NCBI GenBank assembly: GCA_937974135.1
Contig: CALJIH010000289.1
Coordinates: forward strand, 1 to 48,556
Reading direction: 5' to 3'
DNA: 48,556 nucleotides
Source of the DNA: an uncultured Cocleimonas sp.
Lineage (GTDB): Bacteria > Pseudomonadota > Gammaproteobacteria > Thiotrichales > Thiotrichaceae
The notes below the pieces were generated by a model. That model had not been told where the DNA came from, searched no databases, and worked only from the letters and a program-made list of their open reading frames with translations. The position numbers and the translations under genes are program-made. Below are positions 39,060 to 48,556 of this stretch, in pieces (the stretch's first letter is position 1; the number at the start of each line of letters is the position of its first letter).

Positions 39060-39222
39060 TGGAAAATTAAAAATATAAACTTTTTTAACTTTAAAAAGTT
39101 AACTCAAACAAACTGCATAAACAAGTAGTTGTTTGTATGTAAAGTATATTGAATATCTAAAAAAGTACAGTGTAAAGGGTATAAACGGTTAGTCGTCTAT
39201 CGTTTGGTTATGATTTTTTGAC

Positions 39223-40146
39223 TTATATAAGCTGCGTATTCATTAGTCTTTTAGGCTTAAGTAGGGTTTTGCCAGATTCATTTTTCATGTATTCACCAAT
39301 CCCTAAAAATTCTTCTTTTTCGTTGTAAAGACGAATTTTGTCTGACTCGGGCATATCATCACAAGCAACTCTAATACCATTTTGAATTAAACTAACGTCT
39401 TTCTGATTTAATATCATTGCTGGAAATTCTAATAAAGCTGAATCAATAGGTAACAGTATCTGAGAAAGCTTGTTATCTTTTTCTAAGGACTCTATCTCAT
39501 CAATCGTATACAGTTTACTACAATCGAATGGGGATACCTCGGTGCGCCTAAGCATACTTAAATGCGCACCAAAACCCAAAGCATCACCAATATCTTGGGC
39601 TAAGGTTCGAATATATGTACCTTTACTACAATGTACATCGAGAGTAATTGAATCTTTAGTAAATTCGATGAGTGTTAGTTGGTGAATAGTGACATGACGA
39701 ACTTTGCGTTCTATCTCAATGCCTTGACGCGCTAATTTATATAAAGGCTGCCCGTTATGTTTGAGTGCAGAATGCATTGGAGGAATTTGTTCTATTTCTC
39801 CTCTAAAGTTTGCTAATACTTTTTCAATGTCGTCTTGATCGAAATGCGTTACCTTTATTTTGTTTAATTCTTCGCCTTCTTTATCACCGGTTGTGGTAGT
39901 AACACCTAATTGTGCAGTGCAACGGTAGCGTTTATCAGAGTCGAGTAAAAACGAAGTCACTTTGCTGGCTTGTCCAAAACAAATAGGGAGAACACCCGTG
40001 GCTAAAGGATCGAGGCTACCTGTATGACCAGCTTTTTTGGCATTAAATAAGTATCTGACTTTTTGTAATGCAGAATTAGAACTTCTGCCCAGAGGCTTAT
40101 CGAGTAACAGGATACCGTCTACATTATTTCCTTTTTTACGTGACAA
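39223..40146 (-). CDS. truB: tRNA pseudouridine(55) synthase
   Basis: KAGHTGSLDPLATG, CSKGTYIR. Confidence 0.98.
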   Translation of the reverse strand: MSRKKGNNVDGILLLDKPLGRSSNSALQKVRYLFNAKKAGHTGSLDPLATGVLPICFGQASKVTSFLLDSDKRYRCTAQLGVTTTTGDKEGEELNKIKVTHFDQDDIEKVLANFRGEIEQIPPMHSALKHNGQPLYKLARQGIEIERKVRHVTIHQLTLIEFTKDSITLDVHCSKGTYIRTLAQDIGDALGFGAHLSMLRRTEVSPFDCSKLYTIDEIESLEKDNKLSQILLPIDSALLEFPAMILNQKDVSLIQNGIRVACDDMPESDKIRLYNEKEEFLGIGEYMKNESGKTLLKPKRLMNTQLI

Positions 40147-40192
40147 GTTTCTTAAACCTCTTTGAAAACAGATTCGTCAAAGTGCAGCATGT

Positions 40193-40214
40193 AAAAGTAG
40201 GGAGATGTCTTTTT
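40193..40214 (+). repeat. degenerate family A repeat
   Basis: AAAAGTAGGGAGATGTCTTTTT; T-run overlaps the rbfA stop codon. Confidence 0.7.
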
Positions 40215-40584
40215 ATTCTGAATTAGACGTCTTTTTATCGGAAGACACTGCTTTATCAATCATTACAGAAAGATCATTCGCACGTTGTTCGGTATCGTCG
40301 TAAATAAACGTAAGCGCCGGAGTATTGCGTAATTGAATTGCACGACCAAGTTCGCGACGTAAAAAACCTGCAGCGTTGTTTAAACCTTTTTCACATGCTT
40401 CGTGTTCGTCTTGATTCAAAGCATCAAAAAAAACTTTAGCTTTGCCTAAATCTTTTGTCACTTTCACATCGAGAATACTTACCATGCTGACGCGTGGATC
40501 TTTGATCTCATTGCGTATCAGCATGGAAAGCTCACGTTTTATTTGCTCACCAATGCGATCTGTTCTTGAATAATCGTAAGGCAT
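40213..40584 (-). CDS. rbfA: ribosome-binding factor A
   Basis: IKDPR, DL..AKV, LR..P.L.F..D. Confidence 0.97.
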   Translation of the reverse strand: MPYDYSRTDRIGEQIKRELSMLIRNEIKDPRVSMVSILDVKVTKDLGKAKVFFDALNQDEHEACEKGLNNAAGFLRRELGRAIQLRNTPALTFIYDDTEQRANDLSVMIDKAVSSDKKTSNSE

Positions 40585-40614
40585 TCTAAACAGAACTCAT
40601 CGTCAAAAGGGCGT

Positions 40615-40636
40615 AAAAGTGGGGGGGTGTCTTTTT
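40615..40636 (+). repeat. REP-like short repeat copy (family A)
   Basis: AAAAGTGGGGGGGTGTCTTTTT. Confidence 0.88.
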
Positions 40637-40655
40637 ATTCACGTTTAAACGTCTT

Positions 40656-43337
40656 TTATAACGAACGCTTGATTTCAGTACGAGTAAACACTTCGATCTG
40701 ATCACCCGGCTGAACATCGTCATAGTTCTTAACACCAATACCACACTCAGTACCTGCAACCACTTCTTTCACATCATCTTGATGACGACGCAGTGATTCA
40801 AGCGCACCTTCGTAGATAACCACGTCTTTACGCAGTACACGGATTGGTAAGTCTTTCTTAACCTTACCTTCAGTAACCATACAACCTGCGATGTTTCCGA
40901 AGCCAGAACCCGTGAATACGTCTTTAACTTCTGCGATACCCACCATTTCTTCACGAAGCTCAGGAGCAAGTAAACCACTCATAGCATCGCGAACATCATC
41001 GATTAGTTCGTAGATAATGCTGTAGTAACGTATTTCGGTATCAGACTCTTGCGCAAAACGACGCGCTGATGCATCTGCACGTACGTTGAATCCAATGATT
41101 ACTGCTTCAGATGATTGCGCTAGCGTGATATCTGTTTCACTCAATCCACCCACACCTGATGATATGATATTAACCACAACTTCATCAGTTGAAAGCGCAT
41201 TCAATGAGCTCTTGATTGCTTCCAAAGAACCTTGAACGTCTGCTTTAAGTAACACATTAAGCGTACTCTTTTCGCCGTCTTGCATTTTCTCGAACATCGC
41301 ATCTAGCTTCGCAGCTTGTTGTGCAGCAAAACGTGTTTCACGTTCTTTTTCATGGCGTCTTGTCGCTAATTCACGGGCACGACGCTCACTTTTTAATACG
41401 ATTAAATCATCGCCTGCAGATGGCGTTCCTGATAAACCAAGAATTTCAATTGGCGTAGAAGGGCCAGCATGTTCGATTGATTTACCTAAGTCATCAGACA
41501 TCGCACGAATACGACCAAACTGTGATCCTGCAAGGACTACATCACCTTTCTTCAAGGTACCTTCTTGAACTAAGATCGTTGCAACTGCACCGCGACCTTT
41601 AACAACGCTCGATTCTACCACGGTACCTTTTGCAGGACCTTCAGTACGTGCTGTTAATTCTTTAACTTCTGCTACAAGTAAAACAGATTCTAATAGCTTA
41701 TCTATACCTTCGCCTGTAAGCGCAGAAACGTTAACAAATACGTCTTCACCGCCCCATTCTTCAGGGACAACCTCGTAATTAGTTAAACCACTTTTTACTT
41801 TTTCAGGATCAGCTGCATCTTTGTCTATCTTATTGATTGCAACAATTAATGGCACACCCGCTGCACGGGTATGTTTAATTGCTTCTTCTGTTTGTGGCAT
41901 AACGCCATCATCAGCCGCAACAACAAGGATTACGATATCAGTCGCTTGCGCCCCACGTTCACGCATCTGGCTAAACGCCGCGTGACCTGGTGTATCTAAG
42001 AAAGCGATAACGCCATTGTCTGTTTCTACTTGATAAGCACCAATGTGTTGTGTAATTCCACCCGCTTCGCCAGAAGCTACGCGACTTTTACGAATGTAAT
42101 CCAATAGAGAAGTCTTACCATGGTCAACGTGACCCATAATAGTTACAACAGGTGCTCTTGGTGTTTGTTCGAAATCGCTGGTATCTTCAAGTAGATTTTC
42201 AGTTGAAGATTGCTCTTCTTCGGATGCTGCTGCAGTTGCCTCATGGCCCATTTCTTCAACGATCAAAATCGCTGTATCTTGGTCAACCACTTGATTAATA
42301 GTAGCCATTACGCCCATGCCCATCATCGCTTTGATAACATCGGCGCCTTTGATAGAAAGCATTGCAGCTAATTCAGATACAACAATAGTGTCTGGAACTT
42401 CAATGCTACGAACTACGGGCTCAGTAGGCGCAACGAAACCATGATCTGTCGATTGCTCGATTTTAACGTTTCTGGTGCGCTTACCTTTCTTTTTACGTTT
42501 ACCGCTCAAACCTTCTTTAACATGAAGTTGACCAGGGCCAGAGTTACGACCTTGGAAAGGCTTCTTTTTACCTTTATTAGCGTTCGCATTAGGCGAAGCT
42601 GGTGCAACATCGGGTGCACTCGCTGGAGCGGGTTTAGGATCAGGACGAACCGGAGAGGGACGTCTTTTGAATTTTGATGCTGCTTCATCGCGAGCTCGTT
42701 TAGCTAAAAACTCTCTTCTTTCTTTAGGATCTTTTGGTAATTCAAGAGGTGCCGGTGGCGCTTCTTCTGCAACAACTTCATCAGTTGTATTATCAACGTC
42801 TTCTGCAGCTTTTGCTTTTTCTTCTTCAGCGGCTTGTTTGGCGGCATCGCGCTCAGATTTTTCTGCAGATTTGCGTTCACTGGTAGCTTCACGATCAGCT
42901 TTGTTTTTATCCGCTGCTTCTTCGCGAGCTTTACGCTCGTTAGATAGTTGCTCAGCTAATTCGTCAGTACGATTAGCAGAAGCAGCTAGTTCTTCCAATT
43001 CATTGGCATCAACTTCTGTATCAGTAGGTGCAGCAGCACGCGTGAAGTTCTTCTTGCGGCGAACTTCCACAGAAACATTCGACTTTCCAGAAGAACCTTT
43101 GATTTCTGTGCTAGAACGACGCTTAAGTGATATTTTACCACCTGATTTCTTAGGTGCCGCTTCGGTCTTTTTTGCTTGACCGGTGCGAATGAACTCTAAT
43201 AGGTCGAGTTTTTGTCTGTCCGTAATGCTGTCATCCGGACCAGACACTTCAATGCCTGCATCTTTAAGCTGTTGTAATAAACTATCAACAGGAGCGCCAA
43301 TGATTTCGGCGAGTTGTTTTACTATTATGTCTGACAT
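40656..43337 (-). CDS. infB: translation initiation factor IF-2
   Basis: [17 protein letters not shown]. Confidence 0.99.
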   Translation of the reverse strand: MSDIIVKQLAEIIGAPVDSLLQQLKDAGIEVSGPDDSITDRQKLDLLEFIRTGQAKKTEAAPKKSGGKISLKRRSSTEIKGSSGKSNVSVEVRRKKNFTRAAAPTDTEVDANELEELAASANRTDELAEQLSNERKAREEAADKNKADREATSERKSAEKSERDAAKQAAEEEKAKAAEDVDNTTDEVVAEEAPPAPLELPKDPKERREFLAKRARDEAASKFKRRPSPVRPDPKPAPASAPDVAPASPNANANKGKKKPFQGRNSGPGQLHVKEGLSGKRKKKGKRTRNVKIEQSTDHGFVAPTEPVVRSIEVPDTIVVSELAAMLSIKGADVIKAMMGMGVMATINQVVDQDTAILIVEEMGHEATAAASEEEQSSTENLLEDTSDFEQTPRAPVVTIMGHVDHGKTSLLDYIRKSRVASGEAGGITQHIGAYQVETDNGVIAFLDTPGHAAFSQMRERGAQATDIVILVVAADDGVMPQTEEAIKHTRAAGVPLIVAINKIDKDAADPEKVKSGLTNYEVVPEEWGGEDVFVNVSALTGEGIDKLLESVLLVAEVKELTARTEGPAKGTVVESSVVKGRGAVATILVQEGTLKKGDVVLAGSQFGRIRAMSDDLGKSIEHAGPSTPIEILGLSGTPSAGDDLIVLKSERRARELATRRHEKERETRFAAQQAAKLDAMFEKMQDGEKSTLNVLLKADVQGSLEAIKSSLNALSTDEVVVNIISSGVGGLSETDITLAQSSEAVIIGFNVRADASARRFAQESDTEIRYYSIIYELIDDVRDAMSGLLAPELREEMVGIAEVKDVFTGSGFGNIAGCMVTEGKVKKDLPIRVLRKDVVIYEGALESLRRHQDDVKEVVAGTECGIGVKNYDDVQPGDQIEVFTRTEIKRSL

Positions 43338-43375
43338 TTAATTTACCTCTATATGAGCTTGCTCGAGCGATTGCG

Positions 43376-44908
43376 TTACACATTTGAAGCAGTTTCATCA
43401 GCACCATCTGATGCTTCTTCTGCTTCCGCTTCGGCAAACCATGGCTCACGTGCAGTCATGATCAACTTAGCAGCCTGTTCTTCATCTATGCCGTCAAACT
43501 CAACGAGTTCGTCTGTAGCTTGTTCGGCTAAATCTTCCATAGTACAAATACCTTTACTTGCCAATAATTGCGCAAGTGCGTTAGTCATACCTTTCATTTC
43601 TAATAAGTCTTGTGCAGGTTTACCACCTTCGCCTGTGATCGCTAAAGCGAGTAGGGCGTTACGTGCACGACTTCTTAATTCTTCAATAATTTCTTCGTCG
43701 AATTCTTCGATTTTTAAGAACTCTTCTGCGGGTACATAAGCGACTTCATCAAGGCTTGAGAAACCTTCATCCACTAAGATCATCGCAACTTCTTCATCAA
43801 CATCAAGCTTTTCAGCGAAGAGGCTGACCATGATGTTTTGTTCACTCTTAGTTTTGTTCTCGGCTTCTTCTTCACTCATGACATTGAGTGTCCAGCCGGT
43901 GAGTTTGCTCGCTAGGCGAACATTTTGACCACCTTTACCGATGGCTTGTGCCAACATTTCTTCGTCAACACCAATGTCCATGCTTTTCTTATCTTCATCG
44001 ATGACGATAGATAATACTTCAGCAGGTTGCATCGCATTGATAACAAACTTTGCGATATCGTCATCCCAAGGAATGATATCCACACGCTCGTTATTCATTT
44101 CGTTAGTTACGGTTTGGATACGTGAACCACGCATTCCTACACAAGCGCCTACAGGATCAAGGTTTGGTACGTTAGCACGAACCGCAATTTTAGAACGCGA
44201 ACCAGGATCACGCGCAGCGCCCATTATATCAATCAACTCTTGACCAATCTCTGGTACTTCTAGGTTAACTAATTCAGTTAAAAAAGCATCATCAATACGA
44301 CTGACAATCAGTTTTGGTCCGCCGCGGCCTTCTTCGTCAATTTCTTGTAAAATACCGCGCATACGATCGCCCATTCGAGCCATCTCGCGTGGAATCATAA
44401 ATTCACGAGGAATAATCGCTTCGCTGTTTTCACCAAGATCAAGTACCACACCACGTCGATCAACACGTTTAACCGTACCTAATACCAAACCACCCACGTT
44501 TTCTTGGAATGCATCAGCGACTTTTTGGCGTTCTGCTTGACGAACTTTCTGCATGATGACTTGTTTTGCAATTTGTGCAGTAATTCGACCAAACTCGATA
44601 GAATCAACTTTCTCTTCTAAGTATTCACCGATTTCTAGATTAAGTTTTCGATCATCTGCATAGCTTTTCAGAATATGTCTTTCAGGTGATTCAAACTCTG
44701 GGTTCTCGTCGTCCATAATCTCCCAACGACGGAAGGTATCGTAGTCGCCCGTTTCACGATCAATATCAACACGGAAATCTTGCTCAGCACCGTAGCGTTT
44801 GCGCGTAGCTGTTGCGATTGCAATCTCAACCGCCTCAAAGATATCTTCTGCTTCTAGGTTTTTCTCATTAGAAACAGCATCTACTACGTATAATATTTCT
44901 TTGCTCAT
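43376..44908 (-). CDS. nusA: transcription termination/antitermination factor NusA
   Basis: S1 and KH domains, GACVGMRG, AIGKGGQNVRLA, C-terminal acidic repeats. Confidence 0.99.
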   Translation of the reverse strand: MSKEILYVVDAVSNEKNLEAEDIFEAVEIAIATATRKRYGAEQDFRVDIDRETGDYDTFRRWEIMDDENPEFESPERHILKSYADDRKLNLEIGEYLEEKVDSIEFGRITAQIAKQVIMQKVRQAERQKVADAFQENVGGLVLGTVKRVDRRGVVLDLGENSEAIIPREFMIPREMARMGDRMRGILQEIDEEGRGGPKLIVSRIDDAFLTELVNLEVPEIGQELIDIMGAARDPGSRSKIAVRANVPNLDPVGACVGMRGSRIQTVTNEMNNERVDIIPWDDDIAKFVINAMQPAEVLSIVIDEDKKSMDIGVDEEMLAQAIGKGGQNVRLASKLTGWTLNVMSEEEAENKTKSEQNIMVSLFAEKLDVDEEVAMILVDEGFSSLDEVAYVPAEEFLKIEEFDEEIIEELRSRARNALLALAITGEGGKPAQDLLEMKGMTNALAQLLASKGICTMEDLAEQATDELVEFDGIDEEQAAKLIMTAREPWFAEAEAEEASDGADETASNV

Positions 44909-44923
44909 AATTTATTTCAACCT

Positions 44924-45370
44924 TTAGTCCAGAACTAATCTAGCTCTATCAATGGATTCAAATGGAATCTCAAATTCTTGATTGTCGACTTCTAAGTGGA
45001 CAATCGATTCAGTCGTCTTTAATAACGTACCTTTAAAATTTCTGCGCTCATCAATCGGTGTGCGGGTGCGGATTTTCATCGACTCGCCAATATAATCTTG
45101 ATATTGATCAGCCGTAAATAATACCCGATCCATTCCAGGTGATGAGACTTCCAATATATAAGCCACTGGAATAATATTCTCAACATCTAAAACGGCGCCA
45201 ATTTGACGACTGACTATAGCGCAATCATCAACACTAATACCTTCATCTTCTTTTTCAATAAAAATACGTAACAAAGCGCTTTCGCGTTGTGGACGATACT
45301 CGTAACCCCAAAGGATATAATCTAATCCTTCGACAGTATTTTTTACGATCTTATCTAACTCATTTTGCAC
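44924..45370 (-). CDS. rimP: ribosome maturation factor RimP
   Basis: LRIFIE, VDDC..VSR, YILEVSSPG; GTG at 45370 is the likely start (ORF track gives 45391). Confidence 0.95.
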   Translation of the reverse strand: MQNELDKIVKNTVEGLDYILWGYEYRPQRESALLRIFIEKEDEGISVDDCAIVSRQIGAVLDVENIIPVAYILEVSSPGMDRVLFTADQYQDYIGESMKIRTRTPIDERRNFKGTLLKTTESIVHLEVDNQEFEIPFESIDRARLVLD

Positions 45371-45401
45371 GTTATAATCACGCCATTTCAAATTTTCGAG
45401 T

Positions 45402-45437
45402 AATAAAAAAGCCCCGTTAAAACGGGGCTTTTTTATT
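45402..45437 (-). terminator. terminator between tRNA and rimP
   Basis: AATAAAAAAGCCCCGTT-AA-AACGGGGCTTTTTTATT. Confidence 0.88.
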
Positions 45438-45469
45438 ATGAATTACGCTATTATACCGCGTTCTTCCTA

Positions 45470-45539
45470 TGTTTGGTAGCGGGGGCAGGATACGATACTA
45501 CGACCTTCCCCGCGGAGCTATTTAGAGTATGAGACCGAC
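45470..45539 (-). pseudogene. degenerate partial duplicate of the tRNA-fMet 3' part
   Basis: TGTTTGGTAGCGGGGGCAGGATaCGAtaCTACGACCTTC repeats the tRNA 3' end at a 101-bp offset; TATGAGaCCGAC resumes after an insertion. Confidence 0.75.
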
Positions 45540-45574
45540 ATTCGGGCTGATTCAAAAAATAACACCAAAGTGTT

Positions 45575-45651
<77 letters not shown>

Positions 45652-45664
45652 TCAGAGGATGGGC

Positions 45665-45693
45665 ATTATAGGGAGTCTTTTTACTAAGATCAA
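45665..45693 (-). promoter_or_regulatory. sigma70 promoter of the metY-nusA-infB operon
   Basis: TTGATC-N17-TATAAT followed by GC-rich discriminator GCCCATCC. Confidence 0.85.
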
Positions 45694-45727
45694 GCGATAG
45701 GAAACAGTTTATTTAAATAAACTGTGC

Positions 45728-45750
45728 AAAAGTGGGGGGGTGTCTTTTTT
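45728..45750 (+). repeat. REP-like short repeat copy (family A)
   Basis: AAAAGTGGGGGGGTGTCTTTTTT. Confidence 0.88.
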
Positions 45751-45754
45751 AATC

Positions 45755-46345
45755 TTATTTGAGGTGCTTATTGAGTAATTCTTCAAGCATAACTTCGTTC
45801 ATTTGGCCGTTATGACTTGCGACGATCTTTTGTTTGCTATTAATCAATAAGGTGTAAGGTAATGCGCCATCTGGATTTCCGTAGGCGGCTGAAACATCGT
45901 ATGCTTTCTCCACACCATAAGAAGTAGGGTAATCCATAGGAACTTCTGCAAGAAACCTCTCAACATCTTCTTTATCTTCAATAGCTACGCCTAAAAAAGC
46001 CACACCCTTATCTTTAAATTGATGTTGTACTTTATTGAACGCAGGTATCTCAGCACGACAGGGCGCACACCAAGATGCCCAGAAATTTAATACCACGAAC
46101 TTATCCTTATAATCGGATAAATTCATGGTGCCACCGTTTAATTGGTCAAGACTGAACATAGGAGCAGTTCTGCCTACCACATCCCCATCAAACTTGGGTG
46201 GATTATGACCAAGATTATTTTCTATAAAATATACAATCTGAGAGTCAGCTCCGAATATTTTTTTATGTAAATCACTCTTGATTGCGTATGCACTAGACAT
46301 CGCAAGTAAAACCATCACAGCTAAAAATAGGGGGAGTTTTTTCAT
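45755..46345 (-). CDS. TlpA/ResA-family thiol-disulfide reductase
   Basis: signal peptide, LNFWASWCAPCRAE, LP.T. Confidence 0.92.
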   Translation of the reverse strand: MKKLPLFLAVMVLLAMSSAYAIKSDLHKKIFGADSQIVYFIENNLGHNPPKFDGDVVGRTAPMFSLDQLNGGTMNLSDYKDKFVVLNFWASWCAPCRAEIPAFNKVQHQFKDKGVAFLGVAIEDKEDVERFLAEVPMDYPTSYGVEKAYDVSAAYGNPDGALPYTLLINSKQKIVASHNGQMNEVMLEELLNKHLK

Positions 46346-46385
46346 ACTAAATAAATTTCGTCATTATTCGTGTTCAAGGGTTTTT

Positions 46386-48556
46386 CTATTTTAAGGTTTG
46401 CTTAAATTCTTGTACATGCTCATGAAAATCTTTTGCGCCTTTATACCCAACAATACGATAGGGCTTATTTTCATTGGAGTTTTTATCAAAAAATAAGATG
46501 GCTGGAGGACCATACAAGCCAAAACGTTTGTTCAAAGCTTTATCTATGTCGTCATCAGCCGTTACGTCCGCTTGGATGAGCAACGTATCTTTTAGTGATT
46601 CAACCACAGCTTTATCAGTAAAGGTGGTGTGCTCCATTTCTTTACAAGAGATACACCAATCCGCATAAAAATCTAGCATTACGGCTTGATCTTGTTGTTT
46701 TGCCAAAGCTAATGCATCTTCTAATCCTTGAATGCCTTTAATCTGTTTAAAAACTAAATGTTGTGGTTCAGCAGTTGTATGTGCAACACCACCACCAAAA
46801 CCTTTTAATGGCTTTAATAGACTCGCGTTGCCACTGGCAGCACCTATTAATAATGTCACACCATAAATTAAGACGACTAAACCAGCAGCTTTAAAGAATC
46901 GTTTCCAACCAGTACTCGCTTCATTTAACGCATCTAATGCACCCATGTAAATGCCGGTGAATATGGTCAAAATACCAGTAAGCACTACAATGATTCCAAA
47001 TGGTAGGATACGTTCAAGCATCCAAATACCGAGTGCCAGCATCATAATACCGAAGCCTGCTTTGACGTTATCCATCCAAGCGCCAGCTTTAGGTAAAATC
47101 TTACCTGCAGATGTTCCGATAATTAAGAGTGGGGTGCCCATGCCCAAACCGAGTGCAAATAAAGACATTCCACCTAGCACCACATCTTTTGTTTGCGCAA
47201 TGTAAACCAAGGCAGCAATTAGCGGTGCAGTCACACAAGGGCCAACAATCAATGCGGATAAGAATCCCATGATGCCAGCATTCATCATACTGCCACCGGT
47301 TTGGCTGTTACTGATATTAGTGAGCTTGCTTTGAACACTGGCAGGCATTTGTAATTCGTAAAATCCAAACATCGATAATGATAGCAATACGAATAACACC
47401 GCGAATGCGCCAATCACCCAAGGATTTTGTAAGGCGACTTGTAGGTTCTCACCACTTAAAGCGGCTATCACACCAACAATCGCGTAAGTCACTGCCATTG
47501 CTAACACATACGATAAAGATAAAAAGAACGATTTTCTAGTACTGTTATCACTGCCTTGTCCAGCAATTATTCCAGATAAAATCGGAATCATCGGGAAAAC
47601 GCAGGGGGTAAAGGTTAGCGCTAAGCCTGCAAGGAAAAAGATAATTAATGAATTAAAGAAACTACCATTGGTAAGCTTGTTAATTAAGCCGTCTTGCTCA
47701 GAAACTTTAGTATCAGCGGAGCCAGTTGCGGTATTTTGACCTGCTACCTCTTTTACCGCTTGAGTTCCAGTGTTTGCCTCGCTCGAGTCAGTGGGTGAGG
47801 TATTGCTAGAACCTGATTCAACGACATCTGGTGCAGCTGCTAAGTTGATGGTTTGAGTCTTGTGTTGCGGCGGATAACAAATGCCCGTCAGTTTCGAACA
47901 ACCTTGGTAAGTTGTTTTCACTTTTATCGACTTCACCTCGTTATTGTTAGCATATACAACGGGTACTTTGGCATCAAAGCTATCGTAATAAATAACTACA
48001 TCACCGAAGTACTGGTCAAACTCTTCTTTACCTTGGGGTAGATTAGGTTTGCCTAAACTAACGCCAGAATTATTATCTAGCACTGCAAACTTAAACATAT
48101 GCTGATAGAGATAATGCCCTTTAACGATTTCCCAACGAGCGTTTAAAGTTTGTTTATCGCTTGCGGTAATATCAAAAATAAAGGCTTTATCAGGGTCAAG
48201 CACTTCATCGTCTGTAGATAAATCACTCAAACCTAACTGTGATGCAAGATCAGATTGTGGAATAGCTGAACTACTAGAAGCGGGTGAATTCGCCATACTA
48301 TTGTTTGATCCAGCAATCCCTGAAAACAAACTTGGCTTTTGTTGATCCATCGGAACTGGGTCCATCGCTGGCGCAAGATCCATTTTAGAATTTGAATCAT
48401 TCGCTGCAGAATTTGCCGCCACTTTTATCAGTTGCGCATCGCTAAAGTTAACTTTAAGCGTGTCATGTTGGGGTGGATAACATATACCAGTGAGCTTTGA
48501 ACATCCTTGGTAAGTGGCTTTAACGGTAAAGGCTTTGGTTAGCAGATCAGCGTCAC
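46386..48556 (-). CDS. dsbD: thiol:disulfide interchange protein DsbD (5' end outside the window; at least two N-terminal domains)
   Basis: QGC..G.CYPP (twice), FTPCVFPM, GPCVTAP, WCISC thioredoxin domain; frame stays open to the window edge. Confidence 0.95.
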   Translation of the reverse strand, partial: DADLLTKAFTVKATYQGCSKLTGICYPPQHDTLKVNFSDAQLIKVAANSAANDSNSKMDLAPAMDPVPMDQQKPSLFSGIAGSNNSMANSPASSSSAIPQSDLASQLGLSDLSTDDEVLDPDKAFIFDITASDKQTLNARWEIVKGHYLYQHMFKFAVLDNNSGVSLGKPNLPQGKEEFDQYFGDVVIYYDSFDAKVPVVYANNNEVKSIKVKTTYQGCSKLTGICYPPQHKTQTINLAAAPDVVESGSSNTSPTDSSEANTGTQAVKEVAGQNTATGSADTKVSEQDGLINKLTNGSFFNSLIIFFLAGLALTFTPCVFPMIPILSGIIAGQGSDNSTRKSFFLSLSYVLAMAVTYAIVGVIAALSGENLQVALQNPWVIGAFAVLFVLLSLSMFGFYELQMPASVQSKLTNISNSQTGGSMMNAGIMGFLSALIVGPCVTAPLIAALVYIAQTKDVVLGGMSLFALGLGMGTPLLIIGTSAGKILPKAGAWMDNVKAGFGIMMLALGIWMLERILPFGIIVVLTGILTIFTGIYMGALDALNEASTGWKRFFKAAGLVVLIYGVTLLIGAASGNASLLKPLKGFGGGVAHTTAEPQHLVFKQIKGIQGLEDALALAKQQDQAVMLDFYADWCISCKEMEHTTFTDKAVVESLKDTLLIQADVTADDDIDKALNKRFGLYGPPAILFFDKNSNENKPYRIVGYKGAKDFHEHVQEFKQTLK

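Noticed and set aside
39085-39102. TTAACTTT-AA-AAAGTTAA palindrome upstream of the RiPP promoter
   Set aside because: Very AT-rich and single copy; could easily arise by chance.
42667-43179. 170-aa Ser/Ala-rich plus-strand ORF and similar short overlapping ORFs across the window
   Set aside because: Antisense or off-frame by-products of well-supported genes such as infB, pnp and fdhA.
46322-46342. AAAAATAGGGGGAGTTTTTT as another family A copy (also 36306-36320)
   Set aside because: Both lack the GTGT core, and the first lies within the TlpA signal-peptide codons; not counted.

Overview
AT-rich gammaproteobacterial chromosome segment (possibly a marine Thiotrichaceae-like organism; this is an impression only). 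1-30.9 kb is a self-contained tungsten/molybdopterin enzyme island: tungstate ABC transporter tupABC with mobA-mobB-moeA, a sigma54 two-component system, moaA-fdhD plus an HTH/PBP regulator, a periplasmic Cys-type formate dehydrogenase with its maturation genes, and an aorABC-type tungsten aldehyde oxidoreductase with two Gly-Gly-terminated small proteins, moeB and a rhodanese. Four sigma54 -24/-12 promoters and a shared candidate enhancer are readable in the sequence. 32-48.5 kb holds an ECF sigma/anti-sigma pair and the metY-rimP-nusA-infB-rbfA-truB-rpsO-pnp core locus, interrupted by a DUF2282/DUF692/DUF2063/DoxX bufferin-type RiPP cluster that shares a promoter motif with the ECF gene, then a TlpA and a DsbD with a duplicated N-terminal domain. 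The intergenic DNA carries 16 copies of a short REP-like motif (AAAAGTRGGGGGGTGTCTTT; 14 on the + strand regardless of gene direction). Three of these end a longer mini-hairpin-rich element. There is also a 160-bp fold-back MITE-like element in the moaA leader and a rearranged partial tRNA-fMet duplicate.
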